From contig OX597817.1 of assembly GCA_951406725.2 (NCBI GenBank), forward strand, positions 176,018,001 through 176,082,000: a stretch of DNA of 64,000 nt, given 5' to 3'. The position numbers and the translations under genes were made by a program. This document shows, in pieces, positions 57,435 to 64,000 of this stretch. This DNA is from Octopus vulgaris (Eukaryota). The number at the start of each line of letters is the position of its first letter. Within the stretch, counting starts at the first letter, position 1. A model generated the notes under the pieces. It was given only the letters and a program-made list of their open reading frames with translations, was not told the DNA's origin and did not search any database.

Positions 57435-58019
57435 TTTACAGACATGACAGAGTTGGAACCTACATACATTGGAAGCTATGCCAACATTATGGAATAACAA
57501 CAGAAAAAAGATGGTATAGGCACACACCAGAAAAGGTCACAGAAAACGAGAAAGCAACCATACTTTGGGATATGCCGATACACACAGATAGAGAAATTAA
57601 GGCCAACAGACCAGATATAGTTGTCAGAGATCATGAAGAAAAAAATGCTTTCTAATTGATGTATCAATACCGGCAGATGACAACGTTTCTCTAAAAGAAA
57701 TGGAGAAACTCTCAAAATACAAAGACCTGGAAATAGAGGTAATCAGAATGTGGAATCTGAAAACAGGAACAATTCCTATCATAGTAGGTGCATTAGGCAT
57801 GATAAAAAAAATATTCAGACAAATACATAACAAAAACACCAGGACTTACAAACACATATAACATACAGAAAATTGCACTACTAGGCACTGCACACATCCT
57901 ACGCAGAACACTTTCCATACAATAACCATCAGAGCATCACAACAAATCACAGCACATACCCAAGGCACACAGAGCTGCGCTCGGTAGTGAAGTGAAAGCA
58001 CGCTATAAAAATAAAACTA

Positions 58020-58022
<3 letters not shown>
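57432..58022 (+). mobile_element. R4/Dong-type RLE LINE family 2, short 3' copy in (TAA)n
   Basis: Near-identical to 33232-33820. Confidence 0.92.
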
Positions 58023-58066
<44 letters not shown>

Positions 58067-58067
58067 T

Positions 58068-58115
<48 letters not shown>

Positions 58116-58121
58116 CATAAC

Positions 58122-58164
<43 letters not shown>

Positions 58165-58189
58165 GTAATAATAATAATAATAATAATAA

Positions 58190-58812
58190 TCCTTTCAGTT
58201 ATAGTCACAAGGCATGAAACGGGAAGGGGAGTACTCGATTACATCGACCCTAGTATTGGACTGGTACTTTTTTCATTGACCACGAAAGGCAAAGTCGACC
58301 TCGATGGAATTTGAACTCAGAACGTAAAGACGGACGAAATGCTGCTAAGAAATTTTCCCGACTTAATGATAATAATGATCTCTTCTACAAAAAGTACAAG
58401 ACCTGAAATTTTGGGGGAGAGGACTTGTCGATTATACCGACCCCGGTGTTTCACTGGTACTAACTTTATCGACCCCGAAAGGATGGAAGTCGACTTCAGC
58501 CGAATTTGAACTCAGAACGTAAAAACGGACCAAATACCGCTAAGCATTTTGCCTGGCGCGCTAACGATTCTGCCAGCTCACCACCTTAATAATAATCCTT
58601 TCTACTATAGGCACAAGGCCTGAACATTTTTAGGGGAGGAGACTAATTGATTACATCGACCCAAGTGTTTCACTAGTACTTAATTTATCGAACCCGAAAG
58701 GATGAAAGGCAAAGTCGACCTCGGCGAAATTTGAACTCAGACCGTAAAGAGGGACCAAATGCTGCTAAGCATTTCGCCCGGAGCGCAACCGATTCTGCCA
58801 ACTCGCCGCCTT
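58190..58812 (-). mobile_element. Three tandem SINE family B copies separated by TAA repeats
   Basis: Units at ~58190-58363, 58378-58588 and 58597-58812, diverged from each other. Confidence 0.88.
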
Positions 58813-58850
58813 AATAATAATGATAAAGATTATTATGTTGCTGCTGCTGT

Positions 58851-58882
<32 letters not shown>

Positions 58883-58994
58883 ATATTAATCATTCGAAAA
58901 TTAATTTTGTGCAGTAGTTTATTATTCATATTTTCTCATACATACATACATACATACATACATACATACATAAATACATACATATGAGATATGT

Positions 58995-59248
58995 AAGTCA
59001 CTTCCTAAATGCCAATCTTGAAAAATTAGGCTTCTCAAAACCAGAAAGGAGAAAGCTGATTTGAGGACTACAGATCGAGGCCATCGCTAAAACTGTATAA
59101 ATCTGTAAAACTTTCCAGAAGTTCATCATTTAAGTATATATGAGCATCACTAGATATGCAACTATATGCATGAGAAGGCATACATAAAACAAAACATACA
59201 AATCTGCACATATACATACATACATACATACATTCATACATACATACA

Positions 59249-59280
<32 letters not shown>

Positions 59281-60325
59281 CACACACGCCCACACAACGT
59301 ACTTAATACACACATATATATATATATTAGAAGAGAGTCTGCAAACATACCAGCAAAATGTTATGCATAGCTTTATTCCCAGAAAGGTTTAAAGTGACGG
59401 CTGCCTTGATAATCAGAATAGTCTATTCTGGACAAACGACCGAGACATGACTTCTCATTCTGAAGGATATGCTCTTAGAATACAGACTGAAAACAGCTGC
59501 AAAATACCTCATGCATAAAAAGGATTAGGGCTGCAAATAAATTATGCAGATGCGACAACCGATGCAGGTTTTGCAAAATCAGCATTGAGAATATCGCCCA
59601 TATCATAGGTGGCTGCCCGGAAATGCCCTCATGGTATTACCAACCTCTGAGACTTGTTGTTGTGTCTAGAACACTATATAATGAAATCCACAGAAAGAAT
59701 ATTCCGAAAAAGTTACGGTTTTGTGGAGGGTATAATCACATATGTGGAGTCGCGTGGTTTAGTGGTTAGGGTGTCAGCATCATGACCGTAAGATTGTGGT
59801 TTCGATTCCTGGACCGGGCGACGCGTTGTGTTCTTGAGCAAAACACTTCATTTCACGTTGCTCCAGTCCACTCAGCTGGCAAAAATGAGTAACGCTGCAA
59901 TGGACTGGCGTCCCATCCAGCTAGGGAACACATACGCCATTGAAACCAGGAAACCGGGGCCCATGAGCCTGGCTAGGTTTTAAAAGGACGCATTTATTTT
60001 ATTTTTTATAATCCCATATAATTCCGGAAGAAAACTGGTTGAATAGTCCACTCCATAAAATTAAAGCATATCAAATTAGATATAATTATATGGGACAGGG
60101 AAAAGAGACAATGTAACTAAGCAGAATAATTTAAATAACTGATGAGAAACCTACAGTTATCCCATTCAGACTATAACGCAATTTGCTAGATGGCTCACTG
60201 CCTCACTCAGTATGAAGGTTGAGAAGCTGGGATTCACGTAACCAGTTTGAACACGGCTAATAAGAAGTTTACATCTACAAGCTGTCAAATGCACTGTTAA
60301 TACAGGTTAAAGCATTCATTAGTTT
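58995..60325 (+). pseudogene. Old RLE-LINE fragments (CCHC and C-terminus), interrupted by a SINE
   Basis: CRFCKISIENIAHIIGGC (59560-59620), KLDIIIWDREK (60075), and EKLGF.. C-termini at 59020 and 60222. Confidence 0.65.
59744..60006 (+). mobile_element. tRNA-type SINE (family C head/core, different 3' part), 13-bp TSD
   Basis: A/B-box-like TGGTTTAGTGG and TTCGATTCC. TSD TATAATC(A/C)CATAT at 59731-59743 and 60007-60019. Confidence 0.88.
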
Positions 60326-60449
60326 CAACATATAATGAGAACCACATATGTAATGCCATCCGTGCTGCATCCATAAGTGCATGTGCACATACATATGTAT
60401 ACGCATAAATGTATATATGCATGCATATATATGTATGTATGTATGTATA

Positions 60450-60669
60450 CGAGGGAGTGCTGAAAAGTTCCTCGTTTTATGTGTATCACGAAAGGCTTGG
60501 CTTGAGGTCCAACTTCCCGAGTTCTTTTACAGGGCTTAGGAAAACTGAAGGATCGCCGCAATAAGTGTGTGAATCTGTGAGGGAAATATGTTGAATAAAA
60601 TCATTATTAACTGATCTTCCTGTATTTTTTTCATCTAAAGCCTGGAAAGCTTCAGCCCCGACCACCTCG
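60450..60669 (+). mobile_element. Mariner deletion derivative (MITE)
   Basis: TA|CGAGG...CCTCG ends. Encodes the remnant GKLKDRRNKCVNL*GKYVE*. Confidence 0.65.
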
Positions 60670-60693
60670 TGTATGTGTGTATATATATATATA

Positions 60694-60916
60694 CTTTACT
60701 TTTACTTACTTACTTACTTTTACTTGTTTCAGTCATTTGACTGCGGCCATGCTGGAGCACCGCCTTTAGTCGAGCAAATCGACCCCGGGACTTATTCTTT
60801 GTAAGCCCAGTACTTATTCTATCGGTCTCTTTTTGCCGAACCGCTAAGTGACGGGGACGTAAACACACCAGCATCGGTTGTCAAGCAATGCTAGGGGGAC
60901 AAACACAGACACACAA

Positions 60917-60985
<69 letters not shown>

Positions 60986-61151
60986 CACGACGGACTTCTT
61001 TAAGTTTCTGTCTACCAAATCCACTCACAAGGCTTTGGTCGGCCCGAGGCTATAGTAGAAGACATTTGCCCAAGATGCCACGCAGTGGGACTGAACCCGG
61101 AACCATGTAGTTCATAAGCAAGCTACTTACCACACAGCCACTCCTGCGCCT
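60694..61151 (-). mobile_element. SINE family A, full-length best copy
   Basis: tRNA-like head, CORE-like cttgggcaa segment, internal (TA)n/(TG)n, CR1-like tail and (AGTA)n end. Confidence 0.92.
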
Positions 61152-62689
61152 ATATACATACATATATATACATATCCAGGAATAAGTGGGGCTCTTCGCC
61201 CTATAAGGCAATTCACCTAGGAGAAGGCTACTACAATGTGAAGCCTACACCCTGCTGGTCACTGTAGCCGTCTTAGCTCGCCGACCCACTTTCGTTTGAC
61301 TTCCAAGTATAAAAAGTGCCGTCAGATTGCACGAACTGACTGTCACTTTAAAACTCTTTGGTATATGCAAGATGAGAATCCTTGAAACGATTAAGACAAA
61401 AACGGCAGACACTGGATAGTACTGGCGGTCGCAACTTTATCTTCGCATTTAGATTTAGCTGCCTTCTCTTCCTCCCGATATTAGGATTCGACGCAGGTAC
61501 TAATATTCTTCAGGAGTTCTTACTACATGACCCTCAAGAAAATAGAAAGGTTCAAAACATTAGCAAGTTTTTAGGGATTATATTGAAAATAAAATTAAAA
61601 ATAAAATAATAATTTACATTCAAATATACTGAATATTTTACTGTATGACTACAAGAACAGATAACAAATTCAAGACAAAATTAGCTTAAAAAGAAGTTCC
61701 CCTTCATCAGTTGTCGATCTAGAGATCTTAGTTGCTTCGACATCTATTGATAGCGTCACAACCTCTAGCCGATACCAATAAAATCAAAGAGCAGCTACCA
61801 TTTTTTGTGCATTTTGCTGTCCAAGTTTTATACTTCGTTGCAGTGCTGTATGCTTACTTTTTACCTATCATGATCCCTATGACAGACAGTTTTTTTTTGC
61901 TTCCTACAACCACACTTACAAATACACACATATGTATGTATGTATGCATGTATGTATGTGTACGAATTTATGTAGAGATACATATTATATTCCAACAAAA
62001 GATTTCAACATGGGCTAGAAACCGAAAATCCGGTGACACTTCCTTGACACAGCCGCTGTCAGAAATGCAGTGATTACTCGTTGGAAACTTGTAACGAACG
62101 GCTCTATTGTTCACAGATTGCCACAAAGAATGAAGGAAGGAAAAAAACAAAGTAAGAAAGAAGAGAAAAAATGAAGGAAAGAAAGAAATGAAGAAAGAGA
62201 GAATTATAAGAATCTTCAAACACTGGGGAAAACATTGAAGATAGTTCGCTTTTATAGAAGATAATTGAGAAGATTAGTCACTTCCATTGAAACAGTTTTC
62301 TTTTTTAAAAAAATGATGTGAGCAAATGGACCTCGCTTGAGGATTTGATGTTTACTGGAACTAAGCAACGTACGAGACATCAGATAGGTAACCTGTACTA
62401 TTTAGCAAGAGAGAAAAAAAGAGAGAAAGAGGGTTAGAAAGATGGAGAGAGCGAGAGAGAAGAGAGAGAGAGAGACGGAGAGGAGGACATAGGAAAAAAT
62501 AATAATTTGTAGCAGTAATTTACTGGTGTGATTAATTAGGGGGTTACCTGATGGTTACGAAGAAAAGGAAAAAAAGAATACTCTACATAGATGTTTGAGT
62601 TACGTTAATCTTACCAGGAATCTACTTCCTCTGCAACGACATAATGCGAATAAAAATGAATTATTCCTCTCAACTTTCCCGATACGATT

Positions 62690-63372
62690 TTTCCTTCTCT
62701 TCCTCCCCTCCTTATATTCATTTCATCATTCTCTGCCTCTTCCTCCTTATCGTGGTCGTCGTCGTCATCATCATCATTATCCCCATTATCATCATCATAA
62801 CCCTCTTGCTCTTCCCTTCCTCTACCTTCTCTCCCTACTCTTCTCCCCTTTTCATCCACCTCCACTTTCCCTCCCCCTCTTCTCCCCCTCCTCATCGTCA
62901 TCATCAATATCATAACCTTCATCACCCATCTCTTATTCGTCCGCCCTATCTCTTTCCTCATAGTCTTCCTCCTTTTATCTCTCTTTTCCTCCACTTCTCT
63001 CTCTCTCCTTCTTCTTCTTCTTCTTTTTCTTCACTTTCCTCCTCTTCTTCACCCTCTACTTCTCCCTCTTCTTCTTTCTCTTCATTCTCATCTTCTTTTT
63101 TCTCCTCTTCTTCATCCTCCTTTTCTCCCCTCTTCTTCCTCCTCTTCTACTTCCTCTTATCCTTTCTTCACCTCTTCCTCTTGTCTTTCCACCTCTTCTG
63201 TCTCCTCTTTTCCTGCCACCTCGTATCACCTTCCCCTTCTCATCCTCTTTTGCTCTTCCGCCTCTTCCCCTCGTCCTATTCTCCTCTCCTCTACCTCCTC
63301 CTCGTCCTCCCCCTCGTAATCATCATCTTCATCGTCGTCGTCGTAGTCGTCGCTATCAATGCATTCATCATC
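62690..63372. repeat. Pyrimidine-rich (CTT/CCT/CAT) low-complexity tract
   Basis: Read directly from the sequence. Confidence 0.9.
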
Positions 63373-64000
63373 AGATATTTATTATTATTATTATTTGTTT
63401 TGCACTGCTCTCTCTTCAGTTTTCTATAATTTAAAATATATGGACTCAATTTAATGTTCTATAACGGTCTTTTTAATCTCAACACTCAGTTATTACGTTA
63501 TCCGTGATTATTTTACTGCCGAGTGTATTTTTAAAACCTCACTTTTCTTGATTTATTATTACAGTTCTTCGAATTTATCCAATTATCTTTTTTTCACTCT
63601 CTCTGTCTCTCTTTTCCAATATGAATATTAAATATGTGTCAATGCCATACGTTGGATAACATATCAGATTTATTTTTCTGATTGCTTAGATTTTGATCAG
63701 CATTTCTCTCCCCCACCGTGCCACCTTTACTTTGAGGAAACATTTTTTTTGTTTATATTTATTATCTTTAGTTTATACCTCATCTAGCTTTTTGCTGCAG
63801 CTGTTCTAATTTTCCTTCTATCTCTGCTAAATCTTACTTTCATTCACAAATCGCAATGTTATGCACAGAGCATAGTTGCATTCCGTTATTCTGTGTAGAT
63901 AGGAGTAAATGTTTACTCTATGTTTCCCATTAAAACAAGCATCCTTCATACATCCATTTGTTTCATATTTATTTATTTTCTGATTTACCAATTGACATTC

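Noticed and set aside
58190-58812. Regular repeats resembling a CRISPR or satellite array
   Set aside because: The units are diverged SINE copies in a eukaryotic context, with no spacers or cas genes.
59744-59820. tRNA gene
   Set aside because: It is a SINE head that continues into SINE core sequence and is bounded by a TSD.
61168-61265. RTE 5' UTR-like fragment (GGCAA..CTAGGAGAAGG)
   Set aside because: Too short and decayed to call, with no adjoining ORF.

Overview
This is AT-rich, microsatellite-saturated metazoan genomic DNA. The repeat repertoire looks like an octopus/cephalopod genome (inference). I see no convincing host protein-coding gene, and most ORF-track entries are microsatellite translation artefacts. 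The window is a nested collection of transposons: Tc1 and mariner elements with TIRs and TA flanks; CR1-type LINEs (two families, two copies each); an L1/Tx1-type LINE 3' end and an ORF1-only element; R4/Dong-type RLE LINEs in (TAA)n; an RTE 5' fragment; a decayed autonomous Helitron and two Helitron MITEs; a solo LTR; three tRNA-type SINE families; a 1.64-kb tandem duplication; and many Penelope-like element (PLE) pieces. Highlights: (1) a full-length U6 snRNA copy fused head-to-tail to a SINE inside a Helitron ORF; (2) a near-complete PLE with an inverted pseudo-LTR carrying a type I hammerhead ribozyme, plus several variant hammerheads and a conserved structured 3' tail; (3) a ribozyme-less, non-coding fold-back family with a 546-bp monomer; (4) a SINE whose single head carries three different 3' tails, two of which match LINE 3' ends in this window. 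Coordinates were read by eye and may be off by a few bases.
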